A stretch of 64,000 bases of DNA from a virus, in the IMG/VR virus record IMGVR_UViG_3300045988_129366, positions 1 to 64,000 of that record; one strand, 5' to 3'. The notes beneath the pieces are model-generated. The model had not been told where the DNA came from and did no database searches. It was given only the letters and a program-made list of their open reading frames with translations. The position numbers and the translations under genes are program-made. This document shows, in pieces, positions 8,654 through 17,785 of the stretch (positions are counted from its first letter, which is position 1; each line of letters begins with the position of its first letter).

Positions 8654-9355
8654 ATGATTGATTATATCCGGCTTCCGCGATCGGCACTGAGCGACGAATT
8701 GTGGCGAAATAAAGATTTCGGTTGTTTGCTGTGGTATTTGCTTTCCAAAGCAGACGAAAGAGGTATCGCGACATTTACCGCCGCTGACATAGAGTTGCGT
8801 CTCGGCATCCCCCGACAGCGATTGCGCACCATGCTCAGTAAAATGCAAAAAAGCGGGTTAGCAACCAACTGCCAACCAACAAGCAACCAACAAGCAACCA
8901 ACGTCACATTTGATTTTCAACGCATTACGCCTGTTAACCAACCAACTGCCAACCAACTGCCAACCAACTGCCAACCAACAAAGACAAGTAGAAAAACGAC
9001 AAAATTCACCCCTCCCACCGACGAAGAAGTCGCCGCTTACGTCGCCGAAAAAAGCTACCACTTCAACCCCGCTCAGTTCGTTCCGCATTATCAGAGCAAA
9101 GGATGGAAAGTCGGGAACCAGCCGATGAAAGACTGGCGAGCAGCTTGCCGGACGTGGGAAAACTCATGGAAAGAGAAACATGGAGAACGATTCTATCACG
9201 AAATACAACCAATCATCACAACCGACAACGCGGCCTCTCGCAAGGCTCAACGTGACCGAGGCTTATCCCTTGCAACTGAAATTGTGGCAAGGTCTGAAAA
9301 CCTCCTCAATCTCTACAATGGTGGCGGCACAGACCCCCACGCTTGCCAAGATTAA
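8654..9355 (+). CDS. Replication initiator-like protein (N-terminal winged-HTH, low-complexity linker encoded by tandem 11-nt repeats, conserved C-terminal domain).
   Basis: N-terminus is WYLLSKADERGIATFTAADIELRLGIPRQRLRTMLSKMQKSG. The linker NQPTANQLPTNCQPT is encoded by CAACCAACTGC repeats. The architecture is analogous to lambda O, with ori iterons inside the gene. Confidence 0.45.
   Translation: MIDYIRLPRSALSDELWRNKDFGCLLWYLLSKADERGIATFTAADIELRLGIPRQRLRTMLSKMQKSGLATNCQPTSNQQATNVTFDFQRITPVNQPTANQLPTNCQPTKTSRKTTKFTPPTDEEVAAYVAEKSYHFNPAQFVPHYQSKGWKVGNQPMKDWRAACRTWENSWKEKHGERFYHEIQPIITTDNAASRKAQRDRGLSLATEIVARSENLLNLYNGGGTDPHACQD
8861..8980 (+). repeat. Tandem/interspersed 11-nt repeats (CAACCAACTGC, at least 7 copies and variants). 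Candidate origin iterons embedded in the replication gene.
   Basis: Direct reading. The 11-nt period is not a multiple of 3, and 3.7 perfect copies sit at 8936-8980. Confidence 0.6.
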
Positions 9356-9878
9356 AAACAAAGCCTCCGAGGTCGATGCGAGGGCGCTCCTATATATAGC
9401 TATATGCGAGGTTTGCGACTTCTTTAATGTGGGCAAAAATATGAACGATACTCAGGTCGCTGTCACGATCGATTTGATTCTGGAGTCGTTCTGGCACTTG
9501 CGCCTTGAAGAAATCAAATACTGTTTCCGTCGAGCCATGATGCGCGAGAAGCTGTTTGACCGGCTTGACGGCAACATAATCATGGGTTGGTTAAGAGAAT
9601 ACGATACCGAGCGCACAGAGGAGGCTATACGTATTTCCGAGCAACGTGATTTGCAGCAAGTGAACGAAACAGCGGATTGCCCCGAGGCTGTTAGCTTTGA
9701 GGATTATGTCGCCGATTTGAGAAACCGCGCGCTAAAAGACGAGAAAGCCGCCGAGGTTCTCAAAGAAATAGACAACCCCTCTCCCAAAAGACTTAACCTG
9801 CTGACAAACGAAGAAAGAGTGCAAAAAGACCACGACTTCCGCATGTGGCGCACGTTCAACTATTTATCAAGAAAGTAA
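9318..9878 (+). CDS. Replication-associated protein (possible helicase loader/replisome organizer partner).
   Basis: Follows the initiator-like gene with a short overlap. The longer 9180 start would overlap the upstream gene by 175 nt in another frame, so an internal Met is taken. Confidence 0.35.
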   Translation: MVAAQTPTLAKIKNKASEVDARALLYIAICEVCDFFNVGKNMNDTQVAVTIDLILESFWHLRLEEIKYCFRRAMMREKLFDRLDGNIIMGWLREYDTERTEEAIRISEQRDLQQVNETADCPEAVSFEDYVADLRNRALKDEKAAEVLKEIDNPSPKRLNLLTNEERVQKDHDFRMWRTFNYLSRK

Positions 9879-9880
9879 TA

Positions 9881-10054
9881 ATGACACAAAACCAAAATTC
9901 ATCGGATACTTCTAAGATTCGCGTCAATCTCTTCCATTTTACAGAGAGGGAGGAACGCATGATTGAACGCGCTATACTGCTTTCACAAAAATTCATGGAC
10001 TCTTACGGTAGAGGGCGCAAGCCAATGATGGTCGACCGTTCAAAATATCTCTAA
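9881..10054 (+). CDS. Small protein (57 aa).
   Basis: ATG 2 nt after the upstream stop. Confidence 0.3.
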   Translation: MTQNQNSSDTSKIRVNLFHFTEREERMIERAILLSQKFMDSYGRGRKPMMVDRSKYL

Positions 10055-10064
10055 AATTCACATT

Positions 10065-10547
10065 ATGACACCGATACAACGAATAGACCAAAAGATTGAC
10101 CTCCTGCGGCGGCAGTACGCCGACCTTACACGCGGCTGTGCCGTCATAAGCCCCAAGGCGCGCAAGACAGCCGACCGCATCGCCCGTCTCCTTGACGAGC
10201 GCAAGGAGATGATAGCCTCCGAGCGTCACTCGCTCGGCAAGCTGCTCCCCGCTGACGAGACACAGCGCAACGCCATCTACCTGCGGCTGGTCAAGCTGCC
10301 CATCATCGCCGACTTCCTCTACGGGGCGTGTGTCGACCTGCAAGGCACACTCCGCGAAATAGGACTCAACGAGCTGACGATGATGCGCCGCGTCACCGAC
10401 ATACAGACCCGCGCCAAGGAGCTTGCCTTCACGCTCTCCGAGTTCCCCGAACTCGAAAACATCCTCTCCGCCGACGACACGCTCATCGGCGCACTCGACC
10501 GCAAGGTCAACGACTTCCTCACGCGCAGAATGAACATCACAAAATAA
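10065..10547 (+). CDS. Hypothetical protein (160 aa) in a GC-rich island.
   Basis: Local GC is much higher than in neighbouring genes, and spurious antisense ORFs cover it. Confidence 0.45.
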   Translation: MTPIQRIDQKIDLLRRQYADLTRGCAVISPKARKTADRIARLLDERKEMIASERHSLGKLLPADETQRNAIYLRLVKLPIIADFLYGACVDLQGTLREIGLNELTMMRRVTDIQTRAKELAFTLSEFPELENILSADDTLIGALDRKVNDFLTRRMNITK

Positions 10548-10554
10548 AACAACA

Positions 10555-10794
10555 ATGACAACCCGTGACAAAGAACTCTACGACCGTGCCGAGCGGTATT
10601 TCACCGACACGTTCAACGCACAGCCTCCCCACGCGAGGGAGACACTCGGCATCAACCCCGACATCATAGTCATCCGCGAGATGAAAATCGCCCTCCACCA
10701 CCTCCAGTCCACCCAGGCGCAGCTACAGATGCGCATCGACCTCGCCCGTCAGCGCGTCATCAACGCCTACCTCCGACTGTCATCAACCAACTAA
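10555..10794 (+). CDS. Hypothetical protein (79 aa), in the same GC-rich island.
   Basis: ORF 8 nt after the previous one with similar composition. Confidence 0.4.
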   Translation: MTTRDKELYDRAERYFTDTFNAQPPHARETLGINPDIIVIREMKIALHHLQSTQAQLQMRIDLARQRVINAYLRLSSTN

Positions 10795-10959
10795 GGAAAC
10801 CGATATGAGACGTAAAATCAAGAGCCTTATCGCAAAGGCATACAACAGACTTTTCCGCAAGAAGGCTCGCGGAACAATTCAAGGAGAAATTTTCAAAAGA
10901 CAAAGCCACGGATGGTCAATGTCTAATGAAAATGCTATCAGAACTTATGAAAAATAAGT

Positions 10960-11193
10960 CTATTTCCTTAAAAGAAAGTCTGCGTTATAAAAGTCTACTT
11001 TGCCACACTTTTCACACATGACGGCAACTAAGGGCAGTACATTGCTCGCATCAAGACCATTCTCTAAATCTAAAGAAGGTGCACCGAAGTAAAACGGAAG
11101 AATGCCACGAGAATGAAAATGGCAGGCGGGACATTCGCTTTTACCAAGCCTCGACATGATAGTCGCAGACTCTTTAGGAGTAATTTTATTCAT
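10960..11193 (-). CDS. Zinc-ribbon protein (77 aa), opposite-strand moron.
   Basis: CPACHFH...CEKCGK form two CxxC pairs. It is the only minus-strand gene in the plus-strand early region. Confidence 0.45.
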   Translation of the reverse strand: MNKITPKESATIMSRLGKSECPACHFHSRGILPFYFGAPSLDLENGLDASNVLPLVAVMCEKCGKVDFYNADFLLRK

Positions 11194-11216
11194 AATTATG
11201 AAATTTAATAGTTAGC

Positions 11217-11283
11217 GACACAAATATAACCCAAACAGCCGGAAGCCGCAAACATCCATAAAGATTTGAATTGAAAGTTAGCA
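11217..11283. repeat. Long inverted repeat ACAGCCGGAAGCC...GGTTTCCGGCTGT (stem-loop of ~67 nt).
   Basis: ACAGCCGGAA and TTCCGGCTGT are perfect inverted 10-mers about 50 nt apart. Confidence 0.4.
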
Positions 11284-11469
11284 CCTTCCGGTTTCCGGCT
11301 GTCTTTAGAAATGAAATATTATGAAAGAATGTAGATACTACAGCGATGGAAAGTGTGAATACTTTTCTTACTCGAGTACCGAGTTGCGCACAGCCCCAAA
11401 ACGATGCTGTATGCGAATAGTGAAGCCCCTTACAGAGTGCTTCTATTACCAACCAAAAGAGAAATAATT

Positions 11470-11748
11470 ATGACACAAGAAGAAATCACCGCCATCGCCC
11501 GTGAGTATGCGGAGGAAAGAGCCAGTATGATGCAAGGCTCATTAACTACGAAAATACAAGCCGAATTAGTAATCCGCTTCTTGCTGCGCCGATATGCACT
11601 TGTGGAGAAAAGCAAGGTGGAAACGAAATACAAAGAGTCATTAGCCGCCCTTGAAAGCAACAACCACGAAGATATTAAGTGGGGAATTTACCGTTTATCA
11701 CTGCTTGACCACCTCTTCCCCGAAATAGCAAAGGAGGTGAAGGAATGA
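11470..11748 (+). CDS. Hypothetical protein (92 aa) with motif HEDIKWGIYRLSLLDHLF.
   Basis: Start taken at the internal ATG at 11470. The C-terminal motif is paralogous to the N-terminus of ORF 13218..14336 (HEPDDRKWGNYRVTLLEKLF). Confidence 0.45.
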   Translation: MTQEEITAIAREYAEERASMMQGSLTTKIQAELVIRFLLRRYALVEKSKVETKYKESLAALESNNHEDIKWGIYRLSLLDHLFPEIAKEVKE

Positions 11749-12590
11749 ACCCTGCATTACAAAAGAAAGTCGATTTCGCTATAAAGCTGTTGCGGTCAAT
11801 CCCTACTGACGAACAGCCCGTAGAGATAAGCTACAGTGGCGGCAAGGATTCTGACGTGATACTGGAATTAGCGAAGATGTCGGGTATTCCGTATCGTGCC
11901 ATCTACAAGAACACGACCATCGACCCTCCCGGCACTATCAAGCACTGCAAGGAGAAAGGCGTGGAGGTCTTCGCTCCGACCATCAGCTTCTTTGACTTGG
12001 TGAAGAAGAAAGGTTGCCCGACAAGACGCGCCCGATTCTGCTGTGAGTATCTCAAAGAATACAAAGTGCTTGACAGAGCCGTGCAGGGTATTCGCAGAAG
12101 CGAAAGTGTCAAGAGAGCGAAACGATATAACGAACCTACCGTGTGTCGTCTCTATGGAAACAAGAAAAACCATGTCGAAGTATTTTTGCCTATATTGGAA
12201 TGGGCTGACGAAGATGTGGCGCAGTTCATAGCGGAGCGAGATATAAAGTGCCATCCGCTTTATTACGACGAACAAGGGAACTTTCATGTTGAGCGGAGAT
12301 TGGGTTGCATAGGCTGTCCGCTTCGGTCTGACAACGGATTGAGCGATATGGTGAAATATCCGAAATTCCTCAAACGCTTGATTTCATCGAGCCAAGCATT
12401 TATTGACACCCACCCCAATTCATCATCAGTAAAAAAATTTGGCAATGCGTATAACCTTGTATTACACAACCTATTTTTCGACAGCTACGAGAAATACCAC
12501 AACGCAGTAACCGGCGGCATGTTCCCCGAAACCGCGATTGACGCGAAATCCTTTTTAGAGGATTATTTCAAGATTGATTTAACGCTATAA
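11745..12590 (+). CDS. PAPS-reductase-family PP-loop ATPase (phosphoadenosine phosphosulfate reductase-like/DndC-like).
   Basis: PP-loop motif ISYSGGKDSDV. The C-terminus is Cys-rich (CPTRRARFCCEY). The size is typical. Confidence 0.6.
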   Translation: MNPALQKKVDFAIKLLRSIPTDEQPVEISYSGGKDSDVILELAKMSGIPYRAIYKNTTIDPPGTIKHCKEKGVEVFAPTISFFDLVKKKGCPTRRARFCCEYLKEYKVLDRAVQGIRRSESVKRAKRYNEPTVCRLYGNKKNHVEVFLPILEWADEDVAQFIAERDIKCHPLYYDEQGNFHVERRLGCIGCPLRSDNGLSDMVKYPKFLKRLISSSQAFIDTHPNSSSVKKFGNAYNLVLHNLFFDSYEKYHNAVTGGMFPETAIDAKSFLEDYFKIDLTL

Positions 12591-12593
12591 ATA

Positions 12594-12926
12594 ATGAACA
12601 AACAAGACTACGGACAGAAGCGCCGCGAGTGCTGGGAAGAGTATGTAAATATGCTCAACCGAAACTGCGCGACAAGATATGTGTTTGACCAAATCTTCGA
12701 CCGCGCCTACAACCTCGGCAAGCAGGAGAAGGACGCCGACACCGTGATTCAAGGTTGGGTCGCGAGAGATTTGGATGGAGAAGTATTTCTCTATGAAAAT
12801 AAGCCCGAAAGAGGTGATGGAGAGTGGTTAGGAAGAATATCTTCTGAATTTGACTTCCAACAGCTTAAATGGGGTTCCGACCCAATCGAAGTAGAAATAA
12901 TCATCAAACAAAAGAAGAATGGATAA
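12594..12926 (+). CDS. Hypothetical protein (110 aa).
   Basis: ORF 4 nt after the previous one. Confidence 0.4.
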   Translation: MNKQDYGQKRRECWEEYVNMLNRNCATRYVFDQIFDRAYNLGKQEKDADTVIQGWVARDLDGEVFLYENKPERGDGEWLGRISSEFDFQQLKWGSDPIEVEIIIKQKKNG

Positions 12927-13221
12927 GATATATTCCCGAAAGACCTACTACAAGTCAGTCACGCAGCTAAATCCTGATGATTCTCCGTCAACAGGTAGCC
13001 TTGTCTGCTATGATGGTGACATAGAATATTCTGATGATGGAGTACAGCCTTGTATGTTCGTGGAGATTGCAGACTGTCACGGTAAGGTTAGACTGCATAA
13101 AGCGCATACTGATACTAACAAAGAGTTCCTTATTAAACTCAGAACTATAATTCTCCAGCTTACAAAGTTCTGTAATCATTTGGAAGCTGAATCACCTCAT
13201 AAACCAGTGAAATCATTATGA
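12919..13221 (+). CDS. Hypothetical protein (100 aa).
   Basis: ORF overlapping its neighbours by 8 nt and 4 nt. Confidence 0.4.
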   Translation: MDKIYSRKTYYKSVTQLNPDDSPSTGSLVCYDGDIEYSDDGVQPCMFVEIADCHGKVRLHKAHTDTNKEFLIKLRTIILQLTKFCNHLEAESPHKPVKSL

Positions 13222-14336
13222 ATAAAAAACTACAAGACCTTGTGTGGTCTATCCTCCCGAAAGAGTTCAAGGAGGAAGTGAAGAAACTATATACAGATGC
13301 TCTTGATGCGTCAAACTCACCACATGAGCCCGATGACCGCAAATGGGGTAATTACAGAGTTACACTATTAGAGAAACTTTTCGGCTACCACAACCTCACC
13401 TCTGACGGGGAGGGAGAGGAAATGCTGACGGTGAGCCGTAAGGAAGTAATGCGTAATTTCGCAGAAAAGGTTGCATGGAAAAACCACCATCAATCATCCA
13501 AGCATGATAGAGATATGGCGGCTGGATGGTGTAATGCCCTACATTTTCTTTTCGGCCCCAAGTGCCTGCCGGATGAAAACAAAGAATGTAGTAACCCATC
13601 AGTTGTGAATTGTAAACATAAACATGGTGATGGCACATGCTCACTTAGTGGTATGTGCTGCTATAAATCGCCGAAGCCAGCCGAGCCGGAAGAAAAGGAT
13701 GACTGCAAGAAATTCACCAAAAGGCTTGATGATACCCTTGAAGGAGATATCAAAGAGCCTTTTAAGGAGTGGCGTGACAAAAACTCTTCCAATGTTGAGA
13801 AATTGGAAAAGAATGGAGAAGTTGAGCCGAAGCCAGCCAAGCCGAAGTTTAAGGTGGGAGACAAGGTACGGTATAAAGAGTTTGTAGGCACTGTTTATCA
13901 GATTGAAGAAACAGACTATGTGATTCGGAAATTAGCAGGCGGAGATTTGATTGGATGGTTGAAGGAATCCGACCTCGAACCCTACACCGAGCCGACAAAT
14001 GAGGATTTCGTAACTCTTGGCGTAGAATCCGCAGAATACTTACGAAAATCGCTCGAAGAATCCGAATATCGCAATTCTTCGCAAAATACCGCAAATTGCG
14101 ACAAGCACTTTGACAACATCCTCAAAGACGGCTTCTCAAAAGAGCGGAGACTAAATATTGCAAAAGACTTTGCATCTGTTCTTTTGAGTCGACTGAACTA
14201 CGACCCATTTACGGCTCAGATTAATTGCTGTTGCTCGGGTGGTGCTGCTGTTAATCCATACCTCAATATAGCAAGAATAGCGTTGAGTGTAGCCGATGCC
14301 CTCATAGCAGAATCGGAGAAAGGAGGTGAGAAATAA
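13218..14336 (+). CDS. Multidomain hypothetical protein (372 aa).
   Basis: N-terminal domain paralogous to 11470..11748, a Cys-rich middle (CSNPSVVNCKHKHGDGTCSLSGMCC), a KFKVGDKVRYK SH3/KOW-like motif, and a C-terminal CCCSGG. Confidence 0.45.
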   Translation: MNKKLQDLVWSILPKEFKEEVKKLYTDALDASNSPHEPDDRKWGNYRVTLLEKLFGYHNLTSDGEGEEMLTVSRKEVMRNFAEKVAWKNHHQSSKHDRDMAAGWCNALHFLFGPKCLPDENKECSNPSVVNCKHKHGDGTCSLSGMCCYKSPKPAEPEEKDDCKKFTKRLDDTLEGDIKEPFKEWRDKNSSNVEKLEKNGEVEPKPAKPKFKVGDKVRYKEFVGTVYQIEETDYVIRKLAGGDLIGWLKESDLEPYTEPTNEDFVTLGVESAEYLRKSLEESEYRNSSQNTANCDKHFDNILKDGFSKERRLNIAKDFASVLLSRLNYDPFTAQINCCCSGGAAVNPYLNIARIALSVADALIAESEKGGEK

Positions 14337-14337
14337 A

Positions 14338-14907
14338 ATGGATAACGAATGGTATAATATACCGCTTTACCCAAACTATGAGATTTCAAAGAGTGGATAT
14401 ATCCGAAATAGATATACTCAACGGCTCTTGAAAATACATAAATACCGAGATGGGTACACATACACTCGATTAAGAAATAGTAACAACAAGCCTAAGAATG
14501 TAAAAATACATCGGCTTGTGGCAATGACATTCATTCCAAACCCAGAGAATAAATCATACATCGACCATATAAATAGAAAAAGAGATGACAATCGAATAGA
14601 AAATCTGCGTTGGTGTACGCCGCATGAAAATAACACATTCCCTGAAACACTAAAAGCTCAGAGAATAGCCCATAAGGGCGTACCTCAACCATCATGGGTA
14701 GTGGTCGCTAAAACAAAACGGTTTCGCGAGCTTCAAGGGATTAAAATCAACAGATATTCTCTCAATGGGATATTAATAAAATCATATTCCGCAATGAATG
14801 AAGCTGCGAAAGAGTTTGGCGTAAGATGTCAAGCAATAGCAAATGCTTGTAGAGGTCTTAGAAAGACTGGCCATGAATATCTCGGCTTTATATGGGAAAT
14901 CGCATAA
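14338..14907 (+). CDS. HNH homing-type endonuclease with NUMOD4 motif.
   Basis: WYNIPLYPNYEISKSGYIRNR is NUMOD4. HRLVAMTFIPNPENKSYIDHINRKRDDNRIENLRWCTPHENN is the HNH motif. RBS AGGAGGTGAG lies upstream. Confidence 0.65.
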   Translation: MDNEWYNIPLYPNYEISKSGYIRNRYTQRLLKIHKYRDGYTYTRLRNSNNKPKNVKIHRLVAMTFIPNPENKSYIDHINRKRDDNRIENLRWCTPHENNTFPETLKAQRIAHKGVPQPSWVVVAKTKRFRELQGIKINRYSLNGILIKSYSAMNEAAKEFGVRCQAIANACRGLRKTGHEYLGFIWEIA

Positions 14908-14929
14908 CAAATTATCAATATAAGAACAA

Positions 14930-15148
14930 ATGAACTACGACATAACATTCTGCGAGGGCGAGAACTGCACGCGCAAAGAGGAGTGCCATCGCTACCGCGA
15001 ACTGCTCCGCTTCCGCGCCGACAAAGACCCGAACAAAAAGACTTACATCTCAATATGCAAGCCCGACCCGACTAAATGCACTCTGTTTTGGAGAGAAAAA
15101 GGAGATTGCCCCTCGCCCGAACTCACCGATAAACTGAAAGAAGAATGA
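14930..15148 (+). CDS. Small Cys-rich protein (72 aa), paralog of 8453..8653.
   Basis: Shares the FCEGENCTRKEECHRY motif. Confidence 0.45.
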   Translation: MNYDITFCEGENCTRKEECHRYRELLRFRADKDPNKKTYISICKPDPTKCTLFWREKGDCPSPELTDKLKEE

Positions 15149-15924
15149 AAATAAACTACGTTTCCCTTTGCTCCGGCTATGGAGCAGAGTGCATCGCCTT
15201 TAAGCGATTAAGACGCGACTATCCGGATTTTGACTTTGATTGTCTCGCTTGGTCTGAGATTGAGCCAAACGCAATAAAAGCACACGATGCAATTCATCCA
15301 GAATATATAGACCGTAACGTACACGATTTAACAAAAGTGGATTGGAAAGTATGGCACGAAAGCATAGGCTCACCGCACATCGACCTGCTTTTTGCCTCTA
15401 CGCCTTGTCAATCCGTTTCAAATGCCGGAAAGAACGAGGGCATGAAGAAAGGCACGGACGCGGAATCAGCTCTGATATGGGCGACCGAGAGCTGCATACG
15501 CGCACTCAACCCCAACATCATAATCTACGAGAACGTGAAGGGAATGGTAAGCAAGCGCAACAAGCCGGATTTTGACGAGTGGTGTGCGACCCTTGAATCC
15601 CTCGGTTACGTTGTTCAGTGGAAGATATTGAATGCGAAAGATTATGGTTGCGCCCAAAACAGAGAACGTGTTTTTCCGATAGCGATACGCAAGGATTTGC
15701 CTATGGTGGGACATTACAATTATCCGCAAGGATTCCCTCTCACCAAATGTGTCGAGGACTACATGGAGCCTGCGGAGGAAATCGGAGAGGAGTATTTCAT
15801 ATCACAAGACCGCGTGACGAACAAAGTGCTGCCCGACATACTCGACCAGCCCAACGTCCGCGCAGAAATGGAGAAACTTTATCATGAGGAATGGAAGGAA
15901 GCAAATCGCAATAAACCTGCCTAA
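15145..15924 (+). CDS. DNA (cytosine-5)-methyltransferase, N-terminal part (motifs I-VIII and start of TRD).
   Basis: Motifs present: SLCSGYGAE (motif I), ASTPCQSVSNAGK (PCQ, motif IV), IIYENVKGM (ENV, motif VI), AQNRERVF (motif VIII). It ends in the TRD with no motifs IX/X. Confidence 0.65.
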   Translation: MKINYVSLCSGYGAECIAFKRLRRDYPDFDFDCLAWSEIEPNAIKAHDAIHPEYIDRNVHDLTKVDWKVWHESIGSPHIDLLFASTPCQSVSNAGKNEGMKKGTDAESALIWATESCIRALNPNIIIYENVKGMVSKRNKPDFDEWCATLESLGYVVQWKILNAKDYGCAQNRERVFPIAIRKDLPMVGHYNYPQGFPLTKCVEDYMEPAEEIGEEYFISQDRVTNKVLPDILDQPNVRAEMEKLYHEEWKEANRNKPA

Positions 15925-17248
15925 ATCGGGTGGGGTAAAATATCCCCCACAATTCCTGCCCACTATGGATGGGCGGGATGGACTGACTTTCTCAGGCCTC
16001 CAGTGTTGCACCTCGCGATAATGATGATAGATAAACCGACACATCCCGGTAAACCTAACCAACGGCCTTTGCCCCACGCTGATGAGCCGCGCCTTTGAGA
16101 AAGCGAGAACTTGCTATTACCTCGGTCAGGGCAAAGTGTGGGCTTATTCGGCAATACTTGTGATAGATGATACCGAAAGTGATAAAAGTCGCCGACCTTT
16201 GGCGCGGCAAAATCGTTGACTCGCCGCAAGTCGCGAGGGTCTTTTGGAGCAAGGGAATATCTCCCTCAATCCTCTCCGACCAAGGCGGCGGTGGCAGACA
16301 GATAAAGTTTTTAGTAATCAATGACAAAACAACTCGCAATCAACCTCTATAATGGAGTGTGCTGCACGCTCCACGCACGTTCAGGAGTACATTCGCCATA
16401 CAACATCATGGATTGCCCCCCCCAGATTTCGTCAGACGGCGTTTGTAATAATCGAAAATGAAAACAAAAAGAACGAAACTCCGCTACACCCTCGGACGCA
16501 CCAACCACGGCGGCGAGGACGATAAATTCGGCACGAGCAAATTCCATGTCAACCCATATTTTGCCACCGTCACCGCGATACAGATGTCAAACAGAAGACA
16601 ATGGATAGTAGAAATTACCCCCGATAATAGTTGCGACTGTCAAAGACCGCAATCCAAGTTATAACACAAAGATATGCCAGACGATAAGAAGCAACTCGCA
16701 CGGGGCGATACCTCATTTCATATGGATAGAGCCGAAGCGATAAAGTTCAAGCTGATGCCGGACGGACACATTCGCGGAGTGCAGACGCAACGCCCCGACC
16801 TCGCGAGTGCCGCCGAGTGGATGATTTACTTCACGAACGTGTGCGCCCCGACAATATCGGTCGCCCACGTTCCCAAACTTCTGATAACGGATGAAGCAAT
16901 TCTTGAAAGTCTTATGCGTAGCGTCAAGAGGCAGAGGTGACAACAACGCCCAGCACTTCGAGGCGCGGACAGACGGATGCACCTCGACCTTAACAAGCGT
17001 GACCAAAGACAACCTTATACTCACGATATGCCGAAAGACTACAACGCGCCATACTCCACGCCCTACTACGATGAGTTGAAGCATAACGGCATTCGCCTGC
17101 CATGCTTCCTCACGCACATCCGCACGGATGCGGCGAGGATAGAGAGGCCCAAGGACGCGAGGATGTTCCGTATGATGTTCCTGACTCCGAGAACTGACGG
17201 CTGCTGTGGAACTTTAGACACCCGGTCAATGAGCAATCTGATAATGGA
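15925..17248 (+). other. About 1.3-kb ORF-poor, highly structured insertion separating the two halves of the C5-methyltransferase. Candidate self-splicing intron (possibly with a decayed homing-endonuclease ORF) or a decayed insertion.
   Basis: No ORF over 100 aa on either strand. Hairpins sit directly after the exon-1 stop (GTGGGG-TAAAATAT-CCCCAC). A GGCAGACAGATAAAG segment is reminiscent of the group I R/P7 element. A freestanding HNH gene lies just upstream. Confidence 0.35.
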
Positions 17249-17785
17249 ATGGAGAAAAGATACATAGTCGCCAAGCGCAGAAGCGAGCAGGGCAAGCTGA
17301 TTCGTCGACAATATAAAAACGACATTGGAGTGCCGTATCAACTTTGCAAAGGCTACTCTCTGATGCTTGATGGCTATTCAAACACGATTACTACGTTCAC
17401 AACCGATAATTGGATTTTAGAACTTAAAGACAATGACAATATGGATAACTTAGTTTACCACCCTCACCCTACAAAGGAGCAGCTGCTCGAATACTTCTCG
17501 CAAAGTATTAGGGTGCGCAAGATGACCCCACGCGAGGCGTTCAGACTTATGGATGTTGACGACGCGGACATTGACAAGATAATGAACGCAAAGGAAACGG
17601 TGGTGCTCAAAAACGGCACCACAAAGACACATAAGGCGATAAGCAAGACTGCTTGTTATAAACTTGCAGGTAATTCTATCGTGGTAGCCTGTCTCTACCA
17701 CATCTTCCGCACGATGTTTATTCCCAATCAGCCTGAGAACCAAATCACAAAACCAATCCAACAATCATTATTCGATATATTATGA
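17249..17785 (+). CDS. DNA (cytosine-5)-methyltransferase, C-terminal part (rest of TRD, motifs IX-X).
   Basis: RKMTPREAFRLMDVDDAD is motif IX. LAGNSIVVACLYHIF is motif X. It is in a different reading frame from the N-terminal part. Confidence 0.6.
   Translation: MEKRYIVAKRRSEQGKLIRRQYKNDIGVPYQLCKGYSLMLDGYSNTITTFTTDNWILELKDNDNMDNLVYHPHPTKEQLLEYFSQSIRVRKMTPREAFRLMDVDDADIDKIMNAKETVVLKNGTTKTHKAISKTACYKLAGNSIVVACLYHIFRTMFIPNQPENQITKPIQQSLFDIL

Noticed and set aside
8861-8980. Possible CRISPR-like array, because of short tandem repeats.
   Set aside because: The repeats are 11 nt, contiguous with no spacers, and lie inside an ORF.
9993-10571. 192-aa minus-strand ORF (and the nested 10319..10561 and 10328..10558 ORFs) antisense to the genes at 10065..10794.
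   Set aside because: They occur only where GC content is high. They run against the direction of the tightly packed plus-strand operon and have Arg/Pro-rich composition typical of antisense GC-rich frames.
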